Virus record (IMG/VR): IMGVR_UViG_3300049043_000112
Location: 1-64,000 of that record
Length of the DNA: 64,000 bases
Direction: 5' to 3' (one strand)
The notes under the pieces were generated by a model. It did not search any database. It worked only from the letters and a program-made list of their open reading frames with translations, and was not told the origin of the DNA. The position numbers and the translations under genes were made by a program. Shown piece by piece: positions 28,968 to 38,756 of this stretch (positions within the stretch are counted from its first letter, which is position 1; every line of letters begins with the position of its first letter).

Positions 28968-30005
28968 TTACTCTACTTCGCAAGCTTGTTTATAAAGATC
29001 CTGAAAAATACCTTTGATAATGTTTTTATCAAATTCAAATTCTGATTCTTCAATATAGCGATTCAAAATTGAAAGTGTGTTTTCTGTTTCATCAATTTCA
29101 AACTCTTCATTCTCTTGAATTTCAAAGTTTTCAACAATCTTAAGTTCTTGAATACCAGCAGTATATAGTTTATCAATAAACTTTTCAAAATCTTTTGGTT
29201 TCGATTTTTTACGGACAATCACTTTTACAATCTTATTTTCATATTCGGTTGCATCAAATACCTGATAAGGAGTATCCTCATAATAAATGTTATAAAACAA
29301 TTTATAAGGATTGTTGATTGGAATATGAGTGAGGGTTTCTGTATCAAAGATATGAAATCCTCGCATATCATTCACATCAGTCCAATACATTTCATAAGGA
29401 TTTCCCAAATAGAAAATCTTGCCGTTGTCTGAACGAGTGTGATAATGCCCTGAAAATACTTTGGTAAACTTATCAAAAATGTTTGGGTCTGCTCCGTGTT
29501 CTTCCATAATCAGGTTTCGATTGACACGGAAACCTTGAAGTTCAAGGTGACCCATAGCAACCTTTGCTTTGGTCTTTTTAATTTGATTTAGCGTTTCATC
29601 ATAGTTCTCACTACAAATCCATGGCACCATCAAAATATTCAAACCACCAACTTTAATGGTTTGTGGAGAACTATATGTTTTAATGTTTGGATAAGTTTGA
29701 AGAAGCAAACTTGGAGAATTAACAGTATTAGTATTCTTGTAGTAGCAATCATGATTACCAACGATCATATGAACTTCATAATCTCGCAAATGTTCAAACA
29801 CAACTCTCTTAGACCATTCAAGACTTTGATAATCAATTGACTTACGACTATCAAAAGCATCGCCCATATGAATGACTGCCTCTACCCCATGTTCTTTCAG
29901 AGCAGGAAAAAATACATTCTTATAAAAGAGTTCAAAATGATCGTGGAGGTATTTTGAACCCTTTCTTGCCCCATAATGAGTGTCGGTGATGATTGCAATT
30001 TTCAT
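28968..30005 (-). CDS. gp47: Recombination endonuclease SbcD/Mre11-like subunit
   Basis: ITDTHYG, HMGDAFD, VGNHD, GHLE, SGHYH. Confidence 0.96.
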   Translation of the reverse strand: MKIAIITDTHYGARKGSKYLHDHFELFYKNVFFPALKEHGVEAVIHMGDAFDSRKSIDYQSLEWSKRVVFEHLRDYEVHMIVGNHDCYYKNTNTVNSPSLLLQTYPNIKTYSSPQTIKVGGLNILMVPWICSENYDETLNQIKKTKAKVAMGHLELQGFRVNRNLIMEEHGADPNIFDKFTKVFSGHYHTRSDNGKIFYLGNPYEMYWTDVNDMRGFHIFDTETLTHIPINNPYKLFYNIYYEDTPYQVFDATEYENKIVKVIVRKKSKPKDFEKFIDKLYTAGIQELKIVENFEIQENEEFEIDETENTLSILNRYIEESEFEFDKNIIKGIFQDLYKQACEVE

Positions 30006-30463
30006 AATGAACTCAAATAATTAATTGCATTTTCAAATAGAGAAATATCGTCATTTAAAAAACCAAGAGCACTATTACATTTTCCACATAAAAGTCCTCT
30101 CACCTCATTGGTTTTATGACTATGATCCACAAATAAATTTCCTTTTTCTTTTTGAAAGCAAATAGCGCATACACCCTTTTGCTTATCAAGCATAGCATCA
30201 TAATCTTCTAAAGTCAATCCATAGAGAGAAAGTTGTTGCTTTCTATTTCTAAGAATTTTTTCTTCTGGTGTTAAAGAATGGTAATAGGCGTTGTTTTTTT
30301 TATACACACTATCTTTATTTGCTCTTACCCATTTTTTTGTTTCTCCAATCTTAAATCTACGTTTTGAGTTTTCTTTAACACATTTAACACAAGGTTTATT
30401 TCCAGAAAAATACCTTTCACTATTTCCACATTTTTTGCAGGGTTTTCCAATAAAAGTATTCAT
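30002..30463 (-). mobile_element. Free-standing His-Me finger endonuclease (Endonuclease VII family), probable homing endonuclease
   Basis: YGLTLEDYDAMLDKQKGVCAIC...VDHSH...VRGLLCGKCNSALG; N-terminal CKKC..CVKC; own TATAAATA at 30486-30493; AT-rich. Confidence 0.8.
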
Positions 30464-30485
30464 ATATTTTCTATAATACTATTAA

Positions 30486-30493
30486 TATTTATA
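30486..30493 (-). promoter_or_regulatory. Late promoter TATAAATA
   Basis: Exact match, 23 nt upstream of the endonuclease ATG. Confidence 0.75.
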
Positions 30494-30505
30494 AAATAAT
30501 AGTAT

Positions 30506-31023
30506 TTAACGATTATTTCTATATTGAATATTATCTTTAATTGTGTTGTAATCGCTAGTGCTTCCAGCTAGCAACTGTCGTCAACCATCATAACCTTATC
30601 AAACCCAGTGCGTTCAATAATTTTAGTTTTAATATCTAACTGTTTCTTTTCTTTTTGAATTCTTCTTAGGAATGCATAGTGAATAATCTGAGTAAAATAT
30701 GCAAAAGGATTCTTTGACTTTTCAGGATCAAAGTTATGAATATATTGAACACAATTTTCAATTCCGTCAGAAATCATATCCTCACGGAACATATAGTTTA
30801 CAAAATTTGGTTTATATGAAAGATGAGTCGCAATCTTTAGAAAACATTCACCAAGGTAATTTGGAATGGGTGGTTTACCTTCCCAATGCTTACCACGATC
30901 TTCTTTGGTGGGTTTTCTATCATATTTTTGTTGAAAGGAATTTTCTACTTTAGAACGATAAACAATCATCGCTTCTAATAATTCCCTATTATTCACATAA
31001 TGTTCGGGTTTTTTCTTAGACAT
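30506..31023 (-). CDS. gp55: Late transcription sigma factor, -1 indel near 30575
   Basis: HYVNN, YLGECFLKIATHLS, EDMISDGIENC, AYFTQI. The corrected tail LAGSTSDYNTIKDNIQYRNNR* ends at 30506. Confidence 0.95.
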
Positions 31024-31039
31024 ACCATCGGACTCATTT

Positions 31040-31085
31040 ATTATAACTTTTGTTTATTATAACATACTTTTTAAAGGCTTGACAA
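31040..31085 (-). promoter_or_regulatory. Sigma70-type promoter for gp55
   Basis: TTGTCA-N18-TATAAT (31056-31061), plus a second TATAAT at 31040-31045. Confidence 0.65.
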
Positions 31086-31107
31086 CATTCAAAAATGTGT
31101 GTAGAAT
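31079..31107 (+). promoter_or_regulatory. Antisense sigma70-type promoter
   Basis: TTGACA-N17-TAGAAT on the + strand; no + strand gene follows. Confidence 0.65.
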
Positions 31108-31134
31108 CCCTTTGTTCCCGTTGAAGATAAAAAT

Positions 31135-31542
31135 CTAGCTTTCTTTAATTTCTTTAAAGATTCTTTCAAGTTTTTTGCGAGCATCTTCAACAGAAGCAAT
31201 ATAACCCATTTTAGATGAAGGTTTTACCTTACCAGAAGGATTATAAACATCTATTAAATCTTCATCTTCAATATAATCATTATAAATATTAATCAATTTT
31301 TCATCTTTAGTTTCTGTCATTGTAATAATTTTATCAAGTCTTACAATAAAAAAATCATCACTAGATAGTTCCATCCAAGATTTAACTTTAAGATGAGTCC
31401 CTTGATGATTATGAAAAGTTTTTATAGTGATTGGATTTTGCAATACAACTACAGGATCACCATCATTTTCATCGATTATGACTAATGATACTATTTCCTC
31501 TCCTGAAGTTAATTTAACTATTGCGTAAAACTCTTCTCCCAT
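31135..31542 (-). CDS. Conserved hypothetical (Sm-like)
   Basis: FYAIVKLTSGEEIVS...LQNPI...W...GYIASVEDARKKLE. Confidence 0.75.
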   Translation of the reverse strand: MGEEFYAIVKLTSGEEIVSLVIIDENDGDPVVVLQNPITIKTFHNHQGTHLKVKSWMELSSDDFFIVRLDKIITMTETKDEKLINIYNDYIEDEDLIDVYNPSGKVKPSSKMGYIASVEDARKKLERIFKEIKES

Positions 31543-33004
31543 TAGTTTTTTAGCGGAATGTTTACAATATCATAATTAAAGTTTTCTTCGTTATAAACTT
31601 TGATTCTTTCTATTAAGTGATTGAGTGTATAATTTTTTCTTGACTTATAACTGATATCATCGGCAATATCATATAGAGTTGCTTTTACTTTGTTTTCGCC
31701 TTTTCTGAGAACTCTGCCGATAGATTGGAGATTTCTAATTCTCGACTTCGATGGTGAAGCAAACACAACGTTATGTAAGTTACGTATATTAATACCGGTA
31801 GAAAAAGTCCCATAAGATGCTACGATAATTGCGTTATTTTCTTTTTCTGTAATTTCACGAACTTTTTCTCTTTCTTCAGTATCTACACCACCATGTACAA
31901 AGAATACGTGGCGATCATCCTGAATGCTATTATTTATGAGTTCGTATAAAGGTTGCCCGTGACCTTCTACTCTTGAAAATAAAATTAGAGTATTGCCTTT
32001 AAGATCAATAGCAAGGTTTTTAATGAACTTGTTTCTACGTTCGTGATTGATAATATACTGAACCTTATCTTCAAAAGTCTTAAACTTATTCGGTGGATGT
32101 TTCAATAGAAGAATATTAATATCTAACTTCGCAACGTGACCCTTCTGCATCAGTTCGTCAGTGCGAATGATTTTATATGAAGGTCCAAATAATCCCTCAA
32201 GAACCCACTTGTGCGTTTGTGTTCCGTCTAGCGTTCCTGTAAATCCAAAACGATACTTAGCATCTGAAAGTTTTGACATTATAGATACTAATGACTTTGA
32301 TTTAAACTGGTGTGCTTCATCTCCAACGACCACATTAAATCTTGAGAAATATTGTCGGGGAAGTTTGTAGATGGACTGCCAGGTTGTAATGATAACCTGA
32401 GAGTCCGTTTCTCTTTCTTTACCCGCATATATCTTGTGGCAAAATGAACCTACGTCCCACCCATAATCTGCAAAGTCTTTATACATCTGCTCTACAAGGG
32501 ATGTCGTTGGAACGACTATCAGAGTATTTTGCCCTTTCTTAACGTAATATCTCACAATCGCATATATCATCAGAGACTTTCCAGAAGCAGTTGGAGATAT
32601 CAACAACTTTCTATTGTGTTTTAAAGCGTCGTATACTCCCTCTAACTTGGTACTTACGGGGAGCATACTTGCTAATTGATGTAATATAATCTTTAACTCC
32701 TTCTTTTGAAATCATTTCATTGACTTCAAAAGGAAGACCATAGAACTTATTATTTGCAAACTCGTAGGTATATTCGTGATTTTCGCAAAATCTAATCAAT
32801 TTATCTAGAAGACCTACATAAATCTCACCTGCTTGAGGATTGAATAAACGTATTTTTCCATCCCAGTGTCTATTACGGAACTGGGGCATAAATTTTGCTC
32901 TGGCACGTCAAAGGTGAACTGGTCCTGAAGTTCATAATAGACGTGTGGTTCTGCCTTTACCTGAAGATATACCTCATTCTTTTTGATATAACCAAATGTG
33001 ACAT
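31542..33004 (-). CDS. uvsW: SF2 DNA helicase, two indels (~32905, ~32643)
   Basis: MSHLVISKKNEVY...WDGKIRLF; PTASGKS, GDEAH, GFTGT, QSIGRVLR. Confidence 0.95.
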
Positions 33005-33040
33005 ACGTTCATATCAATACAAAAATATTTATTGATAATA

Positions 33041-33062
33041 AAAAAGGGGTCAATTAAACCCC
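33041..33062 (-). terminator. Terminator overlapping the uvsY stop
   Basis: GGGGT-TTAATTG-ACCCC followed by T6. Confidence 0.55.
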
Positions 33063-33481
33063 GATTGGAACTTGTGCCATTCCAGAGCATTCTTTATTTG
33101 GAATGTTCTATTTGATATACACTTAATAACTTCTTCCAAGAACTTTAACATAATGTCATAGTATCTTATCTTGAGTTCTATCTTACTTAACTTCTCATCC
33201 CCATCCATATGCCTCTGTAGTGCCTCTTTGTCCCGAACTTTATACGGAAATGGATCTTCTTCATAAACCTCTTGTGGCGCCTTTCCCGTGTAATAGTTGT
33301 AGCGTTCAAGTTTCACTCGGTTGAAAGTTTCTCTTGCTTTTTCACGCAACAAGGTAATAGTATTATAAACTGTATAATACTTGGCATGTAGTTGAGGAAT
33401 TTTTAAAGACTCATCGTGTAAATTATCAGGATCGATGACAGAATCTTTCTGCCACATTTCCTGAATTTCATCAAGATTCAT
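33050..33481 (-). CDS. uvsY: Recombination mediator
   Basis: W.KDS.ID..NL..ESLKIPQLHAKY...R.FQIKNALEW. Confidence 0.9.
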   Translation of the reverse strand: MNLDEIQEMWQKDSVIDPDNLHDESLKIPQLHAKYYTVYNTITLLREKARETFNRVKLERYNYYTGKAPQEVYEEDPFPYKVRDKEALQRHMDGDEKLSKIELKIRYYDIMLKFLEEVIKCISNRTFQIKNALEWHKFQSGFN

Positions 33482-34005
33482 AGACCTGTTTTGATATTAT
33501 AGACAGTATACTTGAAAGTGACGTTTGCTGTAAAGTACTGAACATCAGTTAATGTGGAATCAAATTCTAAAGAAGTTAATGAAACTGGAAATAAATCTTT
33601 AAATTTTACAATTGCATTTGTATTATAACTGCTATCCAAAATATAAAGGCTACCATCACTAAATGCTTTTTTAGGGTCTTCTCCAGTACCATCAATTAAA
33701 TCATAGTACTGGCGTAAACTTTCTGGCGCCCCAAGACCAGTCATCCAATTATGAATTGCCATATAATTTACCATATCTTCATCAACAATAAATCTTAAAT
33801 TCAAATCGCCATATTGAAGTTTTCCTCCTGGTACATCAATATCTTTTAAGTATGTTGGTTGTTGTAAAGTATCAAGTGTAATTTCTGGAATTCTAGCAGA
33901 GTTGCAAAAGAATACTGCCTTTGGTTCTTTTGATAAAGTGAATTTGAACCCAACGGGAGATAAAAAATTTCTATTTTGAATTTGTTTTGAAAATGCGTTT
34001 GACAT
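33478..34005 (-). CDS. gp3: Tail completion / tube terminator protein
   Basis: NRNFLSPVGFKF, IPEITL, YGDLNLRFIVDE, FKDLFPVSL. Confidence 0.88.
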   Translation of the reverse strand: MSNAFSKQIQNRNFLSPVGFKFTLSKEPKAVFFCNSARIPEITLDTLQQPTYLKDIDVPGGKLQYGDLNLRFIVDEDMVNYMAIHNWMTGLGAPESLRQYYDLIDGTGEDPKKAFSDGSLYILDSSYNTNAIVKFKDLFPVSLTSLEFDSTLTDVQYFTANVTFKYTVYNIKTGL

Positions 34006-34006
34006 T

Positions 34007-34627
34007 TTAATACCTTCCGTACATTAAACCCTTACTTTGTGTAACTGGAAAGAGTGGTTTAGTTTTTGTCATTGCAGGTTTTGGTGCATTACGGACATAA
34101 ACTTTTTGTTTACCAAATTCTTGCGATGTAATATTTGATTTTCCAGAAACATCTCTTGCAGTTTGTAATGCAAGATCATAACTTGTTGATTTATTATAAG
34201 ATCCAGCAGGTCCAAAATTACCAGTATCTTGTGCAGAAGTTGTTGCAATTGGTGCTTTTGTTCCTGGTGCCTTTGTCATTTGAAGTTTGGTTCCAAATGG
34301 TATAGATGGTTTAGTACTTGTCTTAGATGCATAAGGTACAGCAACTAATTTTTGTTTATCATCAAACTTTGCACCACTTGCAGTTAATGATCCAGGAGTA
34401 TCTACCTTACTATAAGAACTTACATTGACTGGTTTCCAACCATAACGTTGTTGTTCTGCACTAGTATGTGCTCTTTGAGTGAATTTTCCAGATGATTTAT
34501 CTAATACACCAGGTTGGTAGTTCTTATATGCAAGAACTTGTTGAGATTGTGGTTTTTGTTCTTTATCAAATCTCTAAAACTCTCTTATCTCATATGCTTC
34601 CAAACAAAACTGCTTATATGGTTTCAT
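34007..34627 (-). CDS. RlpA-like double-psi beta-barrel (lytic transglycosylase-like) protein with capsid-targeting-like N-terminus; in-frame TAG at 34574-34576
   Basis: A single frame 34627 to 34007: MKPYKQFCLE...VSSYS...TASGAKFD...VAVP...IPFGTKLQMT...AQDTG...SYDLA...FGKQKVYV. The track shows only the last 90 aa. Confidence 0.7.
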
Positions 34628-34647
34628 TTAAACAGGGTACTTTTAAA

Positions 34648-34655
34648 TATTTAGA
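34648..34655 (-). promoter_or_regulatory. Late promoter variant TCTAAATA
   Basis: Immediately after the gp23 terminator, 21 nt upstream of the ATG at 34627. Confidence 0.65.
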
Positions 34656-34656
34656 T

Positions 34657-34680
34657 AAAAAAGAGGGTCCGAAGACCCTC
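34657..34680 (-). terminator. gp23 terminator
   Basis: GAGGGTC-TTCG-GACCCTC-TTTTTT. Confidence 0.9.
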
Positions 34681-34701
34681 TCGATTGAGTTGTGAATTAA
34701 C

Positions 34702-36105
34702 TCACATAAGGTTAGCAACTTTAACTCTTCTGTAGTAGACGTTAGCGTTGGTTGTAAGAGCACCAGCACCTGCGGTAAGACCCTCTGCGAATGGGTTAGC
34801 AACCATTCCATAACGGGTCTTAAATCCAATCTTAGGCTGGAAGGTATTCTCACCAACTGCACGTACCATCTGGAGAGGTACGTATGGGCAGTAGAAGAGA
34901 CCAGCATCATAAGGTGAAGAACCCTTGTATCCAACAACGTAGAACTGGTTAGCAGCAACGTTTGCCGAATATGGATCAATATAAACTCTATACTTACCTT
35001 GGAGAACACCAGCGAAGGTGTTGCCAGTGTCATCAACGTTCAAGTTAGCGTTGAGTGCAGGGGTGTAATCGAGAACACCAGCCATTGCAAGTGCCGAAGC
35101 AACGTCAGCAGAGCAAAGGATCGTGTTACCCTTCCCTCTACGAGTTTGTTGGGCGATTGCGTTTGCATCACGCTCGATCTGGAAGATCAGACCCTTGAAC
35201 TTCTCAACCGACCAACGACCGTTGGAGTCAACGTCAAGGTCAAAAGTACCAGCGGTAGCAGTGTTGACCTGAGCACCAGGCTTAGCAATCTTGTAGATTG
35301 TTCTGATGACTTCACGGTTGATTTCAGCAAGAATCTCAGTGCTGAGGATGTTAGCAAGCTCAGCTTCTGCATTCAGACCGTGAATTGCCTTCAGGTCTTG
35401 TGCGAGCTCGAGTGAGTACTCAGCTTTCAGAGCACGTGACTTAGCGGTTACAGTGACTTTCTCGATCGAGAACGCCATCTGGTTGAACTGATCAGATTCA
35501 CCTAATGATTCTGCCTCATCAGTTCTCATTCCCTGACCAACGTTATACTGGTTAGCACCAGTTGCAGCGTTGTTTGCTTGGTTTGAACCATCAAGGATTG
35601 ATGGGTTTGTACCACCTTGAGCAGTAGTACCCATACCAACAGTACCGTCGGTCCAGCCATTGGTATTGTTGAAACCACTATCTTGACCAGAGAATGCGGA
35701 ATCTACTTCGTTATAGAAGGTTTCAGATCCACTCTGAGTCTTATAGCGTGAACGCATTGCGAAGATAAGTCCAGTAGGACCATTCATTGGTTGAACGCCA
35801 CACAGATCGTAAGCGATCAGGTTAGGCATTGAACGGCGAATAAGGGAGATTAGTACAGGGTCGAAACCTTGTAGTGCTCCAGTTGATGCGCCACTTAGAC
35901 CAGTTCCAGTTCCAGTTGAAGTGCTGGTGAAGTTGGTTGGTGCTTCGTAGAGAAACTCACGCTCTTCGCGGATAGTTTTCTCTTGGTTTTCAAGCAGGAT
36001 AGCAGTTACCGCTCTACGATGTGAATCTTTGATTTCATCGAGACCTGAGTAGTCCAGAATTGGTGCCCACTTCTCCTGCAGTTGTTCAGTGTTGTACATC
36101 TGCAT
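34702..36105 (-). CDS. gp23: Major capsid protein
   Basis: EKWAPIL, FDPVLISLIRR, GVQPMNGPTGLIF, KSRALKAEYSLELAQDL, GFKTRYG. Confidence 0.98.
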   Translation of the reverse strand: MQMYNTEQLQEKWAPILDYSGLDEIKDSHRRAVTAILLENQEKTIREEREFLYEAPTNFTSTSTGTGTGLSGASTGALQGFDPVLISLIRRSMPNLIAYDLCGVQPMNGPTGLIFAMRSRYKTQSGSETFYNEVDSAFSGQDSGFNNTNGWTDGTVGMGTTAQGGTNPSILDGSNQANNAATGANQYNVGQGMRTDEAESLGESDQFNQMAFSIEKVTVTAKSRALKAEYSLELAQDLKAIHGLNAEAELANILSTEILAEINREVIRTIYKIAKPGAQVNTATAGTFDLDVDSNGRWSVEKFKGLIFQIERDANAIAQQTRRGKGNTILCSADVASALAMAGVLDYTPALNANLNVDDTGNTFAGVLQGKYRVYIDPYSANVAANQFYVVGYKGSSPYDAGLFYCPYVPLQMVRAVGENTFQPKIGFKTRYGMVANPFAEGLTAGAGALTTNANVYYRRVKVANLM

Positions 36106-36154
36106 TTGGTTTTTACCTCTTTAAAAAGTTTTGTTTGACTTTATAATCTATAAA

Positions 36155-37323
36155 TCACTTTTTGGCGACTCTTGTAAGAGTTTGAAGATATGCTTCCATA
36201 ATTGGGGAGACAGACTTAACTTCTCCTTCTTGTGAGGCATCTTCAGACAGACTTTCGGAGTCATCTTTTTGAGTACCAGTATTTGTTGGGAAATATGATT
36301 CCCTCAGAGTTACCAGTTTCTCACGATAGTTTGCTTCACTATCAAACTCAACATTTTCTGCAAGAGAAGCGAGTTTGTCCTTCTGAGAAAGTGCAAGACC
36401 CTCAGCGACATCTGCAAAGATTACATCAGCAACTGACTCTGCTAATCTTCTATTGAGAGCAACGTTTCTTTCGATTTGCTCGTTGAGTTTTTCTTCCATT
36501 TCATCAAGTTTATCTACCATACTCTCGATAACATCATATCTATCTTCAGGGATTGTTACATAATGATCTTCAAAAAGACTCTTCATTCCGGCAAGGAATG
36601 ATTCTGTCATTTCAGTCTTAAGACCGTGCTCAACTGCGAGTGCATTTTCTTGGATCCACTCGTCAGCAACATACTCAAGGTAAGCATCAACTCTGTCGGT
36701 CAGGCTTTCCTTGATTGCTTCGATTTCTTCTACAAGGGTCTGCTCATAAGCAGATTGTAGAGATTCTTTAATTTCAGCAACCTTAGATTTGATTGCTGCT
36801 TCGAAGATGGTACGGCTTTCTCTTCAAATTCTTCAGAAAGCTCTTCACCTGCAAGAAGGGCATTGACATCTTCTTCGATATCAAACTCTTCTTCCATTTT
36901 CTTTTTACCTTTCTTTTTACCACCTTCTTCTTCCTCTTCCTCTTCTTCCTCCTCTTCTTCTTCCTCTTCTTCCTTGGCTTCGGTTACTTCCTCTTCACCA
37001 TCTTCTAGTTCTTCTTCATCCTCTACTTCTACGAGTTCTTCTTCATCCTCAACTTCTTCTTTAGCAACAGATTGCATTGGTTCAGCAGCTGCTGCCTTTG
37101 CATTAACTACATTCTTTACTTGAGCAAGAGTTTTGCCTGGAGTATTGAGATGTGCTGACTCGTCATCTGGACGATAATTTTCCGGAGTTGGACCACCTAA
37201 ATCTTCCCAAGCGCCAGTTTGTCCTGGAGTAATAGATCCAGTACCGGATTGCATTGGTTCGGCAGGTGCAGCCCCTTTGGTTACTACGTTTTCCATTTCT
37301 TGTAAATTTCTACCAACGGACAT
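36155..37323 (-). CDS. gp22: Prohead core scaffold protein, -1 indel near 36815
   Basis: LSEEFEEKA(RTIFEAAIKSKV...DRVDAYLEYVADEW...EMTESFLAGMK); long acidic tract. Confidence 0.92.
36900..37060 (-). repeat. GAA/GAG low-complexity tract encoding poly-Glu in gp22
   Basis: EEEEEEEEEEEEEE followed by GGKKKGKKK. Confidence 0.8.
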
Positions 37324-37353
37324 TTGTTTAGATATTTAGATATAATCTATATT

Positions 37354-37361
37354 TATTTATA
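37354..37361 (-). promoter_or_regulatory. Late promoter TATAAATA
   Basis: Exact match upstream of gp22. Confidence 0.75.
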
Positions 37362-37363
37362 AA

Positions 37364-38014
37364 TTATAGATTTGAAAGAAATTCTTGGAACAATTGTACT
37401 TTATGTTCCTGTAGAACTTTTTCATCAACTAGCGTATTTATTCTACGCTTAGTTGATTCTGCCAATCTTTCACGAAGAATTCCTCCTTCCCAGACCCATT
37501 CCTTTCCTTCCATAATTCCTGAAACAAATGCATCAGGGGCAGAAGGATCGGCAACGATATCTGCTGCTGTTGCAAGCATAAAATCTTCACCAACAATTTT
37601 GCAACCACTGTGATCCTCTTTTAAAGAACCAACACCACGAGAGGAAACTCCAAGAGTAACCCCTTCATCAATTAGGGATGAAGCAATTTTACCCATTGGG
37701 GTGGATAAAAGTTGTGCTTTACCAATAAAATTACTTCCATCTTGATAAAGTTCGCAAATTTTATGAGATACTCTATCAAGATTTACGGTTGGTCCATCAG
37801 GGTGCCCAAGTTCACCAAGAGCACGACCTTTAGCAATGAAAGATTCGGCATATCTCTTAACCTCTTTAGAAAGAGTGTCTAAAGGATACATTCTTCCATT
37901 ACGATTTTTGATGTTTCCTTGGAGAAAAACACCTTTGATATACATTTTTTTGCCGGAACCCTTACCTTCGGTAATAAATTCTACCTTTTGAATTTCTTCT
38001 GTGATGAGTTTCAT
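37364..38014 (-). CDS. gp21: Prohead protease
   Basis: MKLITE, GELGHP, LDRVSH, GVSSRG, DIVADPSAP. Confidence 0.96.
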   Translation of the reverse strand: MKLITEEIQKVEFITEGKGSGKKMYIKGVFLQGNIKNRNGRMYPLDTLSKEVKRYAESFIAKGRALGELGHPDGPTVNLDRVSHKICELYQDGSNFIGKAQLLSTPMGKIASSLIDEGVTLGVSSRGVGSLKEDHSGCKIVGEDFMLATAADIVADPSAPDAFVSGIMEGKEWVWEGGILRERLAESTKRRINTLVDEKVLQEHKVQLFQEFLSNL

Positions 38015-38016
38015 TT

Positions 38017-38559
38017 TTATTCTGAGACTAGAGTGACTACTTCTGAAATATTGAAAAATGTATTAGAATCGTCAGTTAAGCAAGCAACTTTTACACTCCT
38101 ATAAGCTGATGCTCCAGTTATATTTGGAGATGTTAAGGACGAACTATTATATCCAATTGTAATTGAATTGTCAGTCATCGATACGATTGGATTGTGTGCA
38201 GTATTAATACCTGCTGTTGCTGCGCCAGCGATGGTAATATAATCAGTAGATTCGAATGGATTGGCTACAGAATCTGCAAACCTTATAGTTGTAGTTGTGC
38301 CAGTTGTAACTCCAACAATTACCTGTCTTCTCATAGTTTCTTTCAAAATATCTGTCCCATAAGGAACAATATGAAAACTATTTCTGTTTACGACAGGATC
38401 TGTTCCAATAGCAACATATCCACCATAGCTAGATGAAGTTGCACCGATTGTAATTCTTAAATAACCACTTTTTAGTGCAATCGGAACACTTGTTACCGCA
38501 ACTCCTGCTGAAGGAGATAATCTTGGTATAACTGTGTCTTGAATAATCTTTGTTGCCAT
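38017..38559 (-). CDS. Conserved hypothetical in the head module
   Basis: Intact beta-rich 180-aa ORF between the portal-adjacent small gene and gp21. Confidence 0.7.
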   Translation of the reverse strand: MATKIIQDTVIPRLSPSAGVAVTSVPIALKSGYLRITIGATSSSYGGYVAIGTDPVVNRNSFHIVPYGTDILKETMRRQVIVGVTTGTTTTIRFADSVANPFESTDYITIAGAATAGINTAHNPIVSMTDNSITIGYNSSSLTSPNITGASAYRSVKVACLTDDSNTFFNISEVVTLVSE

Positions 38560-38729
38560 TATTCGTCATCTCCTTCTGTTTGTTCTGCATTACCAAACAT
38601 CACGGATGCAATCTCTGGACGAGCAGCATCTACTTTTTCAGCAGCTTTAGCATATAGTAATTCTTTAATTCTGCTGGAAACATCAGAAGCTGATCCATCA
38701 GTTGCAATCAAATCGATAAGTTCTTCCAT
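38559..38729 (-). CDS. Small prohead core protein (gp67/gp68 position)
   Basis: MEELIDLIATDGSASDVSSRIKELLYAKAAEKVDAARPEIASVMFG; TATAAATA at 38742-38749. Not in the ORF track. Confidence 0.7.
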   Translation of the reverse strand: MEELIDLIATDGSASDVSSRIKELLYAKAAEKVDAARPEIASVMFGNAEQTEGDDE

Positions 38730-38756
38730 AAAAGTAGTTTATATTTATAAGATTAT

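Noticed and set aside
36900-37060. GAA/GAG tandem tract as a CRISPR or regulatory repeat
   Set aside because: It is an in-frame poly-Glu linker of the scaffold protein with no repeat-spacer structure; no CRISPR array was seen anywhere in the window.
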